64,000 nucleotides of DNA, taken from the NCBI GenBank assembly GCA_018985235.1, contig JADGIG010000004.1, forward strand, positions 1 to 64,000, read 5' to 3'. Source of the DNA: Sanchytrium tribonematis (taxonomy: Eukaryota). Below the pieces are notes generated by a model, which searched no databases, was not told where the DNA came from, and worked only from the letters and a program-made list of their open reading frames with translations. The translations under genes and the position numbers were made by a program. This document shows positions 11,123-23,456 of the stretch, one piece after another. Numbering within the stretch: position 1 is the first letter of the stretch; the number at the start of each line of letters is the position of its first letter.

Positions 11123-11254
11123 ACCTTGAACACAGGTATATTATCAAGTTTTTTATGATTAAAGGTTTTGCACCATCACAATGTACCTGCGCTAGCTTGA
11201 AAACTAATAACAAAAAAATACGTTTTCACGTTCAGGTCAATTTGGTGAAGATCA

Positions 11255-12445
11255 ATGATTTTTAATTTATTGATCTTTGCTTTAGAATTTTCAACTCAAG
11301 TCTATATATATGATAAATTCAATGGTGGATATTCCAAATTTGATCCACCCCTAGTTGAAGGGGAAAATAATTTAAGGTATAAAAGAGATTTTCAGCCAAA
11401 ATTTAATTTCGAAATAAGATGCGATAATATTGATGAAATAACATGTTCCAGAGCCAAATCAGAAAGCCAAGATTTGTCAAATGCTTTGTCCACTGTTTTG
11501 AATTTACAAGCTGCGATAAAAATGCTAGTGACTTTTACATCTTTTTGTGCTACAACATGTGGAAACACGACGATCGCAAGAACCGGACCGACTTCGTATT
11601 TTGCTTTAAAAAAAGATCAAACTGTTCTATATCCACAATCATTAGTGAAGCAAATTGCAACAAACGAGATAAGCTACACACAGTATGATGCGACCATAAA
11701 TTTTAATATTGATGGAACAAATGGACAATCTAAAATCTATTTCGAAAGTTTTGAAGATCCTGATCCAACCAAATACAGTTTCAAATTCATTCTATCCCAT
11801 GAATTAATGCATGGTGCGGGTTTGGTCACATCGTTTGACGAGTATCTAGACCCCAGTCGTCTAAACACCGATCAAGCCCATTTGCTATCCCCATCGCCTA
11901 ATCCTAATTACCTTACGAAGAGACAAGAATTTGTTCCGAAAAATCAAGTCTTATCATCCAGTCCTTTTCAATTTGTCAATTTGTATGACACTTTCTTAGT
12001 CGATGCAAGAACCAACATACGTCTAAAGGAAATTTTCAGGACAAATTTTTTTGGTGCAAGTCTTCCGCTACCAAGGTCTACTGTTACAGCTGCCTCCTCG
12101 CTCTACAAGGCTAGTACAACTAGATATGCGATAGTTTTCGATACTGGAAAGGAACAAATTGCGACAGATACTAGTTTTTCTGAATTTAATCCTGGTAGTA
12201 CCATGAGCCATATAGATCCTACAATTGGGGTAGGCTCTTTGGATGAGCTTATGTGGTCGATTGCATCACACGAGAGAACCACAGACTTAGCTGGAATCGA
12301 TCAATCCCCGCTAGGATATTCACAATTGAAAATGCTTCAGGCTATGGGATACAAAATTAAAATTGATCCATCAACAATTCCTAGATCACCAGCAGCATCA
12401 TTGTCAAATATTTTATTTATAATTTCTGTATATTTAGTAAATTAA
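11255..12445 (+). CDS. Secreted, probably GPI-anchored zinc metallopeptidase
   Basis: Hydrophobic N-terminus, YKR dibasic site, HELMHGAG (HExxH), GSTMSH and ELM motifs, hydrophobic C-terminus. Confidence 0.75.
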   Translation: MIFNLLIFALEFSTQVYIYDKFNGGYSKFDPPLVEGENNLRYKRDFQPKFNFEIRCDNIDEITCSRAKSESQDLSNALSTVLNLQAAIKMLVTFTSFCATTCGNTTIARTGPTSYFALKKDQTVLYPQSLVKQIATNEISYTQYDATINFNIDGTNGQSKIYFESFEDPDPTKYSFKFILSHELMHGAGLVTSFDEYLDPSRLNTDQAHLLSPSPNPNYLTKRQEFVPKNQVLSSSPFQFVNLYDTFLVDARTNIRLKEIFRTNFFGASLPLPRSTVTAASSLYKASTTRYAIVFDTGKEQIATDTSFSEFNPGSTMSHIDPTIGVGSLDELMWSIASHERTTDLAGIDQSPLGYSQLKMLQAMGYKIKIDPSTIPRSPAASLSNILFIISVYLVN

Positions 12446-12451
12446 TGTATT

Positions 12452-12835
12452 CTAGCTTGAATTTCTCGTAAATGCTTTAACTGCTATAGGTGAAAGCCAT
12501 AAACTTAATCCAATTCGAAGCGGCATTAAAATTTTAACATAAACATAAGACAATGCAAAATTTAATACAACAGGGTGATGATCATCCAACGGATCGTACC
12601 CAAAGTATTGTCGAATTCGATTTACCTGATAGTTTGCTTTTTTTATCTGCAATTGAGTTTTTTCTAAAAGGCTTTCTGGCAAATGAGTCAGAAGCAGCCT
12701 ATTTGAAAACGAAGCCAAGGGATAGACAACTGGAAATGCAAATATTGCTGTCAGCTCATGTAGTATCAAAAACGCAGTCAAATGCCTTCCTGGCTTCTTC
12801 TTTAATTGGTCCACAATATCAGAAAACCTTGACAT
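12452..12835 (-). CDS. MRX11: FLILHELTA-family mitochondrial protein
   Basis: Literal FLILHELTA motif; YVYVKILMPLRIGLSLWLSP. Confidence 0.85.
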   Translation of the reverse strand: MSRFSDIVDQLKKKPGRHLTAFLILHELTAIFAFPVVYPLASFSNRLLLTHLPESLLEKTQLQIKKANYQVNRIRQYFGYDPLDDHHPVVLNFALSYVYVKILMPLRIGLSLWLSPIAVKAFTRNSS

Positions 12836-12967
12836 AGGAGAAAGAACAACCTGAAAAACTTATACAAGAGCAGCAATCGCAAAAATCAGACTAGCTAGTG
12901 GAAAAGAATCAGATCACCTGGCTTCGGCCATTGCATATATTAGAAAGGGTTCCATGCGAAACACAAC

Positions 12968-13768
12968 ATGTCAGACAAAGACAAAGATAGATCGATTAGA
13001 AAGACAGCCAAGTACTTGGATGATTCCGATTTAGAAGCACTTGCAAATATTGAAAAAGATGACAATGCTCAATTTCAAATGAGTAATGCGGAAATGCAAT
13101 TTTATGATAATTTACCAGTTGGCCAGATTCCCATCAATTCACCTCACTACATTCATACTACTATGCCACAAGCTACTCCCATTGGTGCTTATAATATGTC
13201 ACCTGGCTATAATTATAATGTGAGCCTGCCAAAACCGTTTGATTATGGCAAAAGCTACAAAATATTTATGGGAAATTTAAAACATCGACTATCGAAGGAA
13301 CAATACAAAGAAGTTTGTTTACATTTGTCCAAAATTCGCCCTAGCTTTATTGCTATTGCTGCCAGCTTAAATGAACAAGATTTGAATTTTGTTGAACACA
13401 GTTTTAACAGGATGGCCCTAGAATACGAGAAATTTATGAGTTTAGTAGGAACGCCATCAGCTATTTGGAGGCGCACGGGTGAAATTATTGCTATTGGAAG
13501 AGAATTTAGCTTTCTAGTTGGATGGAGTGCAGATAATCTCATTGAAAAATACATTTTTGATATCATGACTCCACAATCAGTTGTCAATTACTTTAAAATT
13601 TATTCAGATATTGCATTTGATGGTGAAAATAATACCGGATATTTAAATTGCACTCTAATAACCTCGAGATCCGACGAAGTTTCTTGTACTGCCTCATTTA
13701 CGTTGAAAAAAGATGTTTTTGATTTACCAATGGTTATTATTGGCAGCTTTCTACCCATTTTTGATTGA
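12968..13768 (+). CDS. ERT1/AcuK-family PAS-domain regulator with no Zn2Cys6 domain visible
   Basis: RKTAKYL, KPFDY, IRPSFIA, GTPSAIWRRTGEI, DVFDLPMVIIGSFLP. Confidence 0.85.
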   Translation: MSDKDKDRSIRKTAKYLDDSDLEALANIEKDDNAQFQMSNAEMQFYDNLPVGQIPINSPHYIHTTMPQATPIGAYNMSPGYNYNVSLPKPFDYGKSYKIFMGNLKHRLSKEQYKEVCLHLSKIRPSFIAIAASLNEQDLNFVEHSFNRMALEYEKFMSLVGTPSAIWRRTGEIIAIGREFSFLVGWSADNLIEKYIFDIMTPQSVVNYFKIYSDIAFDGENNTGYLNCTLITSRSDEVSCTASFTLKKDVFDLPMVIIGSFLPIFD

Positions 13769-13782
13769 AGTAAATAAATGCT

Positions 13783-16700
13783 TTACTGAGAATCTGTTTC
13801 CATATCATCAGCCGTCTCGATTCCAATCACTTCTGTAGAAAAAATTTTAAACTTCTTATTTCCTTGGAAAATCATGCCATCATCCAAAGCTTTAGGCCTA
13901 CAATTTTTGCAGACGCTGTAGCCAGAATCTTTGATTTGTACAAAACCAAACACGTCCGAACAATTTTCATGAACTATTGTCTCACAATAAGCACACCAAC
14001 AGAAATAATTCGGAAATATTGATTTGATGACCTTTCCACAGCCACAAATTTGAGGACCTACTGTCATATTTGGTTTTAGCTTTCTATATGCCTTGTAAAA
14101 AGTTTCGAACCATTCGAAAGAGCGATGGGGAAGAGCTAATGTAAAATGAATCAATCTTCTGATTTTGATGACATCTCCAGAGGCTTTAGAATCTGGCTTT
14201 AAGTAATTTGAATTTATATCTTCAGCAATAGTTGATAGAGATTTTTCAAATCTCGTTATAGTTCGAAATAATTTGTCTTTTAGTATTTGTCCATCAACCA
14301 GTCGCCAAGGGTCAATAGCAGCGCAGTTTATTGCAATAACAGGTTCCTTGTCAAAAAATTCATAATAAAATTCGTTTTGGAAATTACAATTTGAAAGATT
14401 GCCACTACAAATACCGCAGATATAATCTTTTCTTGGCTTTAATTTCAGACACTCCAAGTGAAACATTAACCGGCAATCAGAACACTGGACTACGTGAGGC
14501 CCCTGTTCAACCTTAAGGCCACAGTAGCAGTGAGATCCCTCAAATAATATTTTCGGATAATACGAGCACCAATTGATTCCGATTTGTAGATAATACTCTA
14601 CAGTTTCCGCAGTATCACAGAGACTTGAATTAATTTGTTTGACAGATTGCAATAGGGAGTCATCATTTCTAATTTCTATATTATGAGCTCTGTCGATCCC
14701 AAAGTATGAGCTGTACTGATCATAAATTTGACAGTAAAATTTCAAAAAGCCGGCAATCTTTTCAAATAAAACATTATTTGGAATAACTTTAAACTCTATA
14801 AAAATCAAAAGTAAATCAAAAAAATCTCTTTCGTCGACTAGGGAACAAGTTAAAAGTCCTTCTATTTTTTTCCTGATTCCGTAATAACTTTTGCATCTAT
14901 TCAAGAACTTGGTAACCTCCGCTACTTCAGCGGCAACATTTGGAAATAGGATCATCGCAACATCTAACTCTGATTCCGTTATTGTACCGCTCTCCCATTT
15001 TAAAATTAAATTGGACAAATAAGTGGAATTTTCCAAAACTATGTTCATAGTTGAATCAGTTTTTTCTTGATTTCTTATTTGGTCCAGTACGGCGGAGTTC
15101 CAAAAGCTAAACTTATCTACATTTTCTTTTTCATCTAAAGCAGAATTTTCTTTGTACTCAATTGCCGAATGGTCAAAAATGACACCAGATCGCTCGCAAT
15201 TTCGTTTCACATCTCTAACAAAATCATTCGCGCACGAAGGGTCAGTTAACACTTTTTCCAGGTCTTTTTGTAAATTTTCCAGAGAAATGTACTTTTGATG
15301 AAATTGATTTAAATCTTCTATGTCAACTTCCAACTCTAAAATCGACTCATTCAGTCGTTTGACCTGATCGAAAGTATATCGGCTTTTGTGATCCTTTCGC
15401 CCACGAAATTGACCGTCGTATATCGGTAATTTGGGTAATTGATTGACAATCTTTTTCACAAATAAAAGATAATTATTTAAAAATGATACTTCCTCTAGAT
15501 TCTCGTCTAGTACAAGACCCATATCGATGAGTCTCTCAATCTGAGGTACCTTTAACTTACCAATCTTCAATTTTTCCAAGACTTGTTCATTCCAAAATTG
15601 TCTGTCACCTAAAGCAACATTCACTAAGTTTTCGTATATCGTCTGAAATTCCAAATCTGAAATATGGACGTAGCATGTGAGTGAGTTCAAATCGATTTCA
15701 CTTTCCAACTAAGTTAAATTAAAATACCTGCACAAGTGCTTTAGGGTGGTAAATTTGTCCTTCTTGATCTTCCAAAAATGTAAAAAAGCATGGCCAACTG
15801 GTTCTGGTGCAAACACGAACTGAAACAGTATCGATAGGAAGTTGCTCAAACTTTAGCGCGTCAAAGTAATACATCATCTGGCATCTTAATTGGATTTCAT
15901 CTGTAGCAACCCTCTTCCAATGCTCTTTTATCCATTTCGCACTTTTGTCGCCACCTTGATACTTGACTTGTTTGAAAAGCAGCTCTTCCATACAGAGTGA
16001 GGGAGCCAAACTCATGGACTCGCAGAATTTTTTGTATTTAAAGCCATGTGGAATCCATTCCGGAGTAACTAAGTTGAGCCTTTCCACAATATTAGAGCCA
16101 AGATCAACAGAAAAATAATAAGAACCAGGAAATATTGCTAAAATTTGTCCAACATTTTGTGTGGTGGTCGAAAACGGTATAGCCGCTTCTTTTAATTCTT
16201 TTGGCTCAATGGGTATCGGAATATTTCTCGGGATCCCGTCATTTTTTAATATTTCAGGATATTTAGAATTGATTAGATTATATAATTTTGAAATGTGCTT
16301 GCTAGAAATTGTATACCAAACTCTTGGGGCTCCTTCATGTATACAATATAAGGAGTACATAAATTGTTGATTCGTCTCCCATAATGAATAGCTGAAGAGA
16401 GATCCGATTTGTAATGAGCTTTCTTCAAAACTATCACCCTTCCAAAAGCCATACTTCAACAAACTTTCTTGAGCCTTTCTCAATTTGTTGAAATTAAGAG
16501 GATGATTGCTGCCGCATTCTTCTCCGTATATATCTGGAAAGAGAGAAATTTCCAAATCTTTCGATTCAATTTTTGGTACTATGAAATAATTCTCCGACTT
16601 CCCACCAATCACTTCATTCCAAAAAAACTCCAGCTTAGAAGAGCTTAGGTCTCCCAAATTATTCTTTGCGATGTATTCATCATACAGCTCTTGTGCTTGA

Positions 16701-17275
16701 AGATTACAATCTCTAGAAGCATCAAAATATTCCTTTGAAGTTTCATAATCTGCTGTATTTCCTTTAAAAGTCAAAAAACCACCTCCTTCGTAATCCAAGT
16801 CATCCAGTCCAATGAGCTCAATATATTCCTCAAATTTTCGCAAATATTGAAAATAATATTGTTTTAATTTTTCTTGATTATTAATTCCGCAACATTGACT
16901 CACATAATACCACTGTCTTTTGGAGCTTACCATCTTAGCACCATGGAATTGATCGACTTTGGTCTTCACGTCCACCCAACTAACATGTAATGAATCGATT
17001 TGACTTGGCAATCTTAATTTCCGTCGCTGACAGAATTTTTTCAACATTCCTACAAAATTATTAGCGTTGATGCACGGAAACGAGCAGTTAATTGCTCTTA
17101 TTGGTGTAGGTAATTCATATGTTTGCTTGTCATACCAGCCATCCTCAAGTTGAATTAGAAAAGAAGCTTGATCGTTATTCTTTTGTCTTATTTCTTTTAA
17201 AAAGCCTGGCCCATCGGTATTTTCGTTTAGGCCATTAAATTGGTTATTTAAATGACTGCTCAAGTTGTTCATCAT
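13783..17275 (-). CDS. KDM5/Lid-like ARID-JmjC-PHD chromatin protein (2 exons)
   Basis: ARID, JmjC (HEGAPRVWY, QNVGQILAIFPGSYY) and C-terminal PHD fingers; the two track ORFs join in frame across intron 15709-15727. Confidence 0.85.
15709..15727 (-). other. 19-nt spliceosomal intron
   Basis: CAG|gtattttaatttaacttag|TTG joins ORFs 15719-17284 and 13783-15708. Confidence 0.88.
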
Positions 17276-17319
17276 TTCAAACAAATTCTTACTTGCTTCC
17301 CCGTCTTGTAAAAATCACA

Positions 17320-18030
17320 ATGAAAAATATTGTTCCCAATCCTGGATTTGTTATAAAGACTAAGAAAATGAACACCCTGCTTTCTGGATCAGAAGAAAAC
17401 AAAGATTTGGGTGTATTCAAAGGCAAAGTATTTATCAATGTGTGTAACCACGAAAGTATTGATAAACCAAATACTTCATCTGAACAAGTCATCTTTAATG
17501 CAATAAAAAAACAAGATCCTTTCAAGATACCAATGAGTCTATCGCCTATTCGTAAAGGAAAAGATAAGCAAGGAATTGGCTGCTATGTTGTGGATATTAT
17601 GGTCCATCCGAATGTGTTTGAATGGGCAACAAAGAAGATTTTTGCCTCTTTTGATCCTGCTGATTTCAAGCAGCTCTTAAAAGATATATTTTTAATATTT
17701 GTCAGGGATAGGCTTCAACTGGATCTCGAGTTTGTATCTTTTCCCAATTTATTGGTGAGCAATCCACCCCTTGCACCACACGAGATAATTGAATCCAGCA
17801 ACTTGATCGATGTCCTAGATGTGCCATTGAGTGTTATGGAGTATCAGAAAGGAGATTTATTTGTTCATCAATATTCTCCAGTGGACAAATCTGTGAAGAT
17901 TTTAAAATCTGATAATCAAATTAAAATAGCATTTAATGGCAACGAGTATTATATCGATATCGAGAAAAATTTAAAAGTCAATTGTAAACTATATTTGAAT
18001 GATGAAATGCTCAGAATTTATATCAAATAA
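17320..18030 (+). CDS. PIH1-domain protein
   Basis: PNPGFVIKT...KVFINVCNH...IPMSLS; ATG 17320. Confidence 0.85.
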   Translation: MKNIVPNPGFVIKTKKMNTLLSGSEENKDLGVFKGKVFINVCNHESIDKPNTSSEQVIFNAIKKQDPFKIPMSLSPIRKGKDKQGIGCYVVDIMVHPNVFEWATKKIFASFDPADFKQLLKDIFLIFVRDRLQLDLEFVSFPNLLVSNPPLAPHEIIESSNLIDVLDVPLSVMEYQKGDLFVHQYSPVDKSVKILKSDNQIKIAFNGNEYYIDIEKNLKVNCKLYLNDEMLRIYIK

Positions 18031-18040
18031 AAATTTATAC

Positions 18041-18730
18041 TCATACTTGCAAAAATTCTACTTTTATCTTCTCTTTTATATCCACGATACAATAATAACC
18101 ATCTCTATATGCCCCTGGGTTAACTATCATAGATTTGCCGAGATACAACAAGCCTCGTCCGGAATGAGTATGACCATGTAAAACAACACGCGGCTCATAT
18201 TGTAATATATATTCTCTAACAGTTTCGCTTCCACCATCAACTCTTGATTTGGAGTCTAAAGGTTTCCTGTTATAGTCGCTAGTTCCAAAATTTGAAGGTC
18301 CTTGGTGGGTCACCAGCACATCAACTTTTCTGAAATTGTTTAAAATAGAACCCATTTCAATGTTAGGATATCCTTCCCAGGCTATTTTACCGGATTCTAC
18401 ATAATAAGAAGAAGTGGATCCACCATAGCCAAGGAAAGATAATCCATCAATAGCAATAAGTTTATGGTGGAAATTCGTAGCATGCTGATATTTGGCATTT
18501 TCCAAAAAGCAAAAACTTGGATCGTGATTGCCAGGTACGAAGTAAATTGGCTTTTTAGTAATTGCAGACAAGCTTTTAAAGACTAAATCCAAATTTACTT
18601 CATCTTCCTTCGAATTAGAATGATCGATATTATATAGATCACCTATAACTATCACATAATCACATTCAATAGAAAAAAGCTTCTCAAAATTGAAATTTAA
18701 ATGCAAATCAGTAAGAACCAGCAATTTCAT
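18041..18730 (-). CDS. Calcineurin-like metallophosphoesterase
   Basis: DLH, GD, GNHD, VTH and GHTH motifs. Confidence 0.9.
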   Translation of the reverse strand: MKLLVLTDLHLNFNFEKLFSIECDYVIVIGDLYNIDHSNSKEDEVNLDLVFKSLSAITKKPIYFVPGNHDPSFCFLENAKYQHATNFHHKLIAIDGLSFLGYGGSTSSYYVESGKIAWEGYPNIEMGSILNNFRKVDVLVTHQGPSNFGTSDYNRKPLDSKSRVDGGSETVREYILQYEPRVVLHGHTHSGRGLLYLGKSMIVNPGAYRDGYYCIVDIKEKIKVEFLQV

Positions 18731-18743
18731 TGTTTCAAAAAAT

Positions 18744-20804
18744 TCAAGATATGTATCTCTGCTGAATTTTTAATAAAATATCTCGAATCTCATATTGAAA
18801 TTCTCTGGACCAACTTTTAAAATTGGTGAGATATTTTACAAGTTGTATTATTTCGTCTGCAAAGTCACAATAACCCTTCTCGACTAGCAAGTCTAGATAA
18901 TCATAAAGATTAACCTTGTCTCTATCAGACGGTGGCCCAATTTGTTGGTTGCTTATTATCCAATCGTTAATACTTTTCAGAATATCTTTTCGCTTAGTAA
19001 GACCTAGGTATTCTGGGATTCCTCTCTTTTCTAGAGCCGCTGGTGATAGGTTTCTAGCTTTTTTCAGCTTTTCCAATAAGCCATTTTCATTTTTCTCTCG
19101 CCTCCAGTTATTATATACTTCTACCTGAAGGGAAGAGGGTAGTTCGTCATAAACACTTTGATTAATTTCTTCAAAAAAGTCATCATTATAGCCTCTTTTC
19201 TTTGGTTTTTCGATTGGAGGTTTCTCTGAAACTTTGATTAGGTTTTGAAATTGAATGCCAACGCCTCTTAGATCTTTGACATCCTTTTTGTAAAACGAGA
19301 CCAATTTTTTTACAATTTGAAGAATTTTAGCCTCGTCATTTGTCTTTTGAAAAGATTCAGAGAAAGAAATGGAGTCGCAAATTCCGTGGCCTAAATATTT
19401 TGAGGGTTCCACTGGTTGACCTTCTGCTCTGACCATTAATTTCAGCACGCACTTTTGACAGAGAGATTCTTCGTTTTTTAAGCGGCAAACGGCCTGATTA
19501 TTGAGACCTACTATAAATTCATTTAGTTCCTCGTGAGTGTTAAACCTAATGCCCCAATTGATTTCAGCAGAAACACTCTGCCTTTCTTCAGTTTGGTCGT
19601 TCAATTCCCTGTCATCTATTCCTCTTACCATTTTAAAAATAGTTTCGCCTTTTTTAATTCCAAATTTTTCTTGTAAAAATTGACAACTTTTCTCTAATAA
19701 TTTTTCGCAGTCGTTAATTCCAAAATCTTGCATATTTCTTTTTAACTTCCAGCCTATTCCAGGTAAAATATCGACTGTTTGTCGAAAAATAAAGTTTTGA
19801 AAGTCACTTTTAGAAAATATTTGCAAGCCGTCTGGTTTCGCTTTTTTTGTAGCAATTCTGGCAATAAGTTTTGAGTGACCTATACCTGCACTTGCTGTGA
19901 TTTTTGAAGCATCAAAGATCGTTTTTCTTATGCTTTCAACATAAGAGGAAGATGAATTTAAATCATCAACTTTTGACGATATATCAATAAAGGCTTCATC
20001 ACACGAAACTGACTCAATTTCATCACAATTTTTGATCAGTATATCGTAAAATATTCTCGATATTGTTTTATAGTGATCAAAGTCGTACGGCAACACAAGC
20101 AGATCTGGGCAATGTTTTTTTGCGGTTCCCATTGACATGCCATTTCTAATACCATAGTTTCTTGCAATATAATTGCATGAAGCAATATCTGCAGAACTTG
20201 AGTTGGGGTTGCTGCCATGACTGACGCAAACTGGTTTGTCTCTATGTTGCGGGGATTTCAAAAGAGAAGCGGAAACAAAAAATGCATCTAAATCAAAATG
20301 ACATATAATCTTCTCATCAGATTTCGGCAGACTTCTTTTAAAATTTGAGCACCAGGATTTTAGCTCGGATTTCCAAAGACTCAAATAATGTAAACGACTT
20401 TGCTTGTAAAATTCCTTTATGAAATTCTGACTTCCTGAAAGCAAGAAGCTCTGATACTCCAAGAGCTTGCTGTTTTCGATACTTTCTAAAATGAATTTTG
20501 GAACCACAACCTTTTTCTTCTCCCACATTTTTTTCTTTGATTCTGACAATTCTTCAGCTATAAAAAAATCTACTTCACTCAGTCGATATTGCTCATACTT
20601 TCCTCCATTTATCAAAATCATTTCTTTGAGCTCCATAAATGGTGGAGTGGTTGTCCCATTTATGTGAAATGTCAAATTCCTAAAAATTTGGGATTTTAAA
20701 GTCGCAGCTTGGTTTTGCTTCTTGAGTTTTTCAATTTTGTTGTTCATATAGACACCAAATTCCCCAAATTTTGGAGTTGGTAATTTCTTTTCATTCTGCT
20801 TCAT
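18744..20804 (-). CDS. REV1: Y-family deoxycytidyl transferase Rev1
   Basis: N-terminal BRCT, SRLHYLSLWK, HFDLDAFF, SCDEA, KAKPDG. Confidence 0.95.
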   Translation of the reverse strand: MKQNEKKLPTPKFGEFGVYMNNKIEKLKKQNQAATLKSQIFRNLTFHINGTTTPPFMELKEMILINGGKYEQYRLSEVDFFIAEELSESKKKMWEKKKVVVPKFILESIENSKLLEYQSFLLSGSQNFIKEFYKQSRLHYLSLWKSELKSWCSNFKRSLPKSDEKIICHFDLDAFFVSASLLKSPQHRDKPVCVSHGSNPNSSSADIASCNYIARNYGIRNGMSMGTAKKHCPDLLVLPYDFDHYKTISRIFYDILIKNCDEIESVSCDEAFIDISSKVDDLNSSSSYVESIRKTIFDASKITASAGIGHSKLIARIATKKAKPDGLQIFSKSDFQNFIFRQTVDILPGIGWKLKRNMQDFGINDCEKLLEKSCQFLQEKFGIKKGETIFKMVRGIDDRELNDQTEERQSVSAEINWGIRFNTHEELNEFIVGLNNQAVCRLKNEESLCQKCVLKLMVRAEGQPVEPSKYLGHGICDSISFSESFQKTNDEAKILQIVKKLVSFYKKDVKDLRGVGIQFQNLIKVSEKPPIEKPKKRGYNDDFFEEINQSVYDELPSSLQVEVYNNWRREKNENGLLEKLKKARNLSPAALEKRGIPEYLGLTKRKDILKSINDWIISNQQIGPPSDRDKVNLYDYLDLLVEKGYCDFADEIIQLVKYLTNFKSWSREFQYEIRDILLKIQQRYIS

Positions 20805-20839
20805 GCGATCAGATCAAACTTGACAAAAGGGAGAATTTA

Positions 20840-22588
20840 TTAATGATGAAACAATCTTAAATTTGTAAAACAGTATGTCATTCCATATTCATTTGCTTTT
20901 TTGATAACTGCGTCGTCTTGTATCGAGCCACCAGGTGCAGCAACATATTTTACACCGGATTGGTAAGCCCTTTCTACATTGTCAAAGAATGGGAAAAATG
21001 CGTCAGAACTTAATGATACACCCTTCAAATTTTTAACAAAATCCCTTTTTTCAATATCAGTAAGCGGATCCGGAACGACCTCAAATAGAGTTTTTGCAAA
21101 AGTGGATTCCAGATCTATAATTCCCTCCACATACTGGTCTATAGCATTCGATTTATCTGCTCTTTTTGTCCCGGCTCGAAATTGAAGGTTAAGCACTTTT
21201 GGATGTCTTCTTAACCACCAATTGTTTGCTTTGTTTCCAGCCAATCTTGTACAATGGATTCTGGATTGCTGTCCTGCGCCAAGTCCAATGACCATACCAT
21301 TCAATGCGTAACAGACCGAATTGGATTGAGTGTATTTGAGGGCAATCGTAGCAACAATGAGGTCGGTCATCGCATTGGCGGGAAGTTCTTTAGAAGTAGT
21401 CACAATATCTTTTAGTATGCTATTACCAATTTGTAAATTATTGCGTTTTTGCTTTAGCGATATTCCAAAAACTTCTCTCGTTTCAGAATCTTCTGGCTCA
21501 TATTCAGCATCGATTTGCAAAACACAATACTTTCCACCTTTCTTCTTCCTCAAAATATCTATTGCATCGATTGAATAGCCTGGGGCGATTATTCCATCAC
21601 TTACTTCTTTCGCTATCAATCGCGCAGTTGCCTCGTCACAAAAGTCACTTAATGCAACAAAATCACCAAAGCTAGACATTCTGTCAGCACCTCGAGCTCT
21701 GGCATAAGCAGAAGCAATTGGAGTTAATTCCATTCCTTCTACCATATACATTCTTCTCTCGACTTCATCAAGTTCTTTAGCGATGGCGACACCTGCTGGG
21801 CTGACATGTTTAAAAGAAGCGGCTGCGGGCTTTCCAACCGAAGCCTTTACTTCTTTAACAAGAGGCCAGGCATTTAAGGCATCCAATAAGTTGATATAGC
21901 CAGGACTTCCGTTTAAAACTTTGAAAGGTAACGCTCCATTTTTTAAATATACGCTAGCTGGTTTTTGGTGAGGGTTGGCGCCATATCGTAATGGAATAAG
22001 GGACTGGGGCTCCCCATATAACTCACGAAAGTAGTAGGATATAGCATTGTCATAATCCGCAGTATGAGAAAATGCTTTTAATGCCAACTTTTGCCTGACA
22101 CCTAAAGAGATAACTCCATCTTTATCTAATTGTTCATTGACAATATTATAATCTTTCGGATCGCAAATAACTGTAACTCGCTCATGGTTCTTCGCTGCTG
22201 CGCGCAAAAGAGTGACACCACCAATATCAATTTGTTCCACAGCTTCAGACAAATCAATATTTTCTGAAGCTATAGTTTTTTGAAAAGGATAAAGATTACA
22301 AACAACTATATCGATATAATCATAACCTCGGGTCTTCATGTCGTTATTATCAGAATCAATACTCCTTGCCAAGATTCCACCATGTACAGCAGGGTGCAAC
22401 GTTTTGACACGACCTCCCAACATTTCTGGTGCCTTGGTAATGTCTGCCACATCTATTACCTCTAAGCCGGCTTCTCTTAATTTTGTGGCAGTACCACCAC
22501 TAGCTATAAGTTTCGCGTGTTTGCTCAAGGCCTTGGCAAATTCTACCAAATTTGTTTTGTCACTTACAGACAACAAAGCTAGTTTCAT
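20840..22588 (-). CDS. ADE17: Bifunctional AICAR transformylase/IMP cyclohydrolase
   Basis: [37 protein letters not shown]; start 22588 or 22600. Confidence 0.97.
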   Translation of the reverse strand: MKLALLSVSDKTNLVEFAKALSKHAKLIASGGTATKLREAGLEVIDVADITKAPEMLGGRVKTLHPAVHGGILARSIDSDNNDMKTRGYDYIDIVVCNLYPFQKTIASENIDLSEAVEQIDIGGVTLLRAAAKNHERVTVICDPKDYNIVNEQLDKDGVISLGVRQKLALKAFSHTADYDNAISYYFRELYGEPQSLIPLRYGANPHQKPASVYLKNGALPFKVLNGSPGYINLLDALNAWPLVKEVKASVGKPAAASFKHVSPAGVAIAKELDEVERRMYMVEGMELTPIASAYARARGADRMSSFGDFVALSDFCDEATARLIAKEVSDGIIAPGYSIDAIDILRKKKGGKYCVLQIDAEYEPEDSETREVFGISLKQKRNNLQIGNSILKDIVTTSKELPANAMTDLIVATIALKYTQSNSVCYALNGMVIGLGAGQQSRIHCTRLAGNKANNWWLRRHPKVLNLQFRAGTKRADKSNAIDQYVEGIIDLESTFAKTLFEVVPDPLTDIEKRDFVKNLKGVSLSSDAFFPFFDNVERAYQSGVKYVAAPGGSIQDDAVIKKANEYGMTYCFTNLRLFHH

Positions 22589-22619
22589 GGAGAAATCCAT
22601 AAACTTACAAAGGATTTTA

Positions 22620-23360
22620 TTAGGACATAAATAGTTTAGTATTCAGTGTTGAATGAAGCCCTTGATATATATCTAGAGAAGGATTTTTTTGATGTAAGCT
22701 GTTTTCTGTAATAAAATTCAATACAGTGAATGGCTTCGGGATAATCGTAGTAGAATAAGAGGTAATTAAGTCAGCTATCACGTTTTCTTGAGAAAGCATG
22801 AACTCTTGGGAAAGATACGAGTCCATTATATCTAATCGAATAGATGCGTTAACAATGTTCTTTAAAAAGGTCATCAAATACAGAAAACACGCCTGGGTTT
22901 CCAACAAACCAATTTCTTTTGCAAATATACCGAAAACAATAGGAAGATACTGCGGAGAATCTGAAATCAGAGCAATTGAAGACTCAATGCCGTCGCATCT
23001 AGTTCGCAAGAATGATTTACAGACTGATGACAAAAATGTTTTACCTTGAATTTCACTACTTTCTATTTTTATATCATTAATATTTAAAACTTCATATGCT
23101 CTGATCAATCCAGACAGTATTCCCTTGTCTTTTGAATTATGAAATGCTCCGCAAAGAAACGGCAATTCCATGGCGCTCATTTCTAGACAATCCAAGATAT
23201 AACTTTTTATTTCGTCGTGCCCACCCATGCTCTTCAAAACTTCAACGCCATTTGAGAAGCAAAATGAACCTGATGGGAACGAACTATCACTTAATAGGTA
23301 CAACAATAAATCATAGGAGATCATTTCAGTTTTAAATAATTGACCATATAATAACAGCAT
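22620..23360 (-). CDS. ureF: Urease accessory protein UreF
   Basis: [18 protein letters not shown] and C-terminal [11 protein letters not shown]; start 23360 or 23324. Confidence 0.88.
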   Translation of the reverse strand: MLLLYGQLFKTEMISYDLLLYLLSDSSFPSGSFCFSNGVEVLKSMGGHDEIKSYILDCLEMSAMELPFLCGAFHNSKDKGILSGLIRAYEVLNINDIKIESSEIQGKTFLSSVCKSFLRTRCDGIESSIALISDSPQYLPIVFGIFAKEIGLLETQACFLYLMTFLKNIVNASIRLDIMDSYLSQEFMLSQENVIADLITSYSTTIIPKPFTVLNFITENSLHQKNPSLDIYQGLHSTLNTKLFMS

Positions 23361-23456
23361 TTAATGCTTGCTGAATCAGGTAATACTTTTTAAAAAATTG
23401 GAAAATCTATATTGATTTTTTTTGCTTCAGGTCAACAACACCTTTCAGTGAAAATT

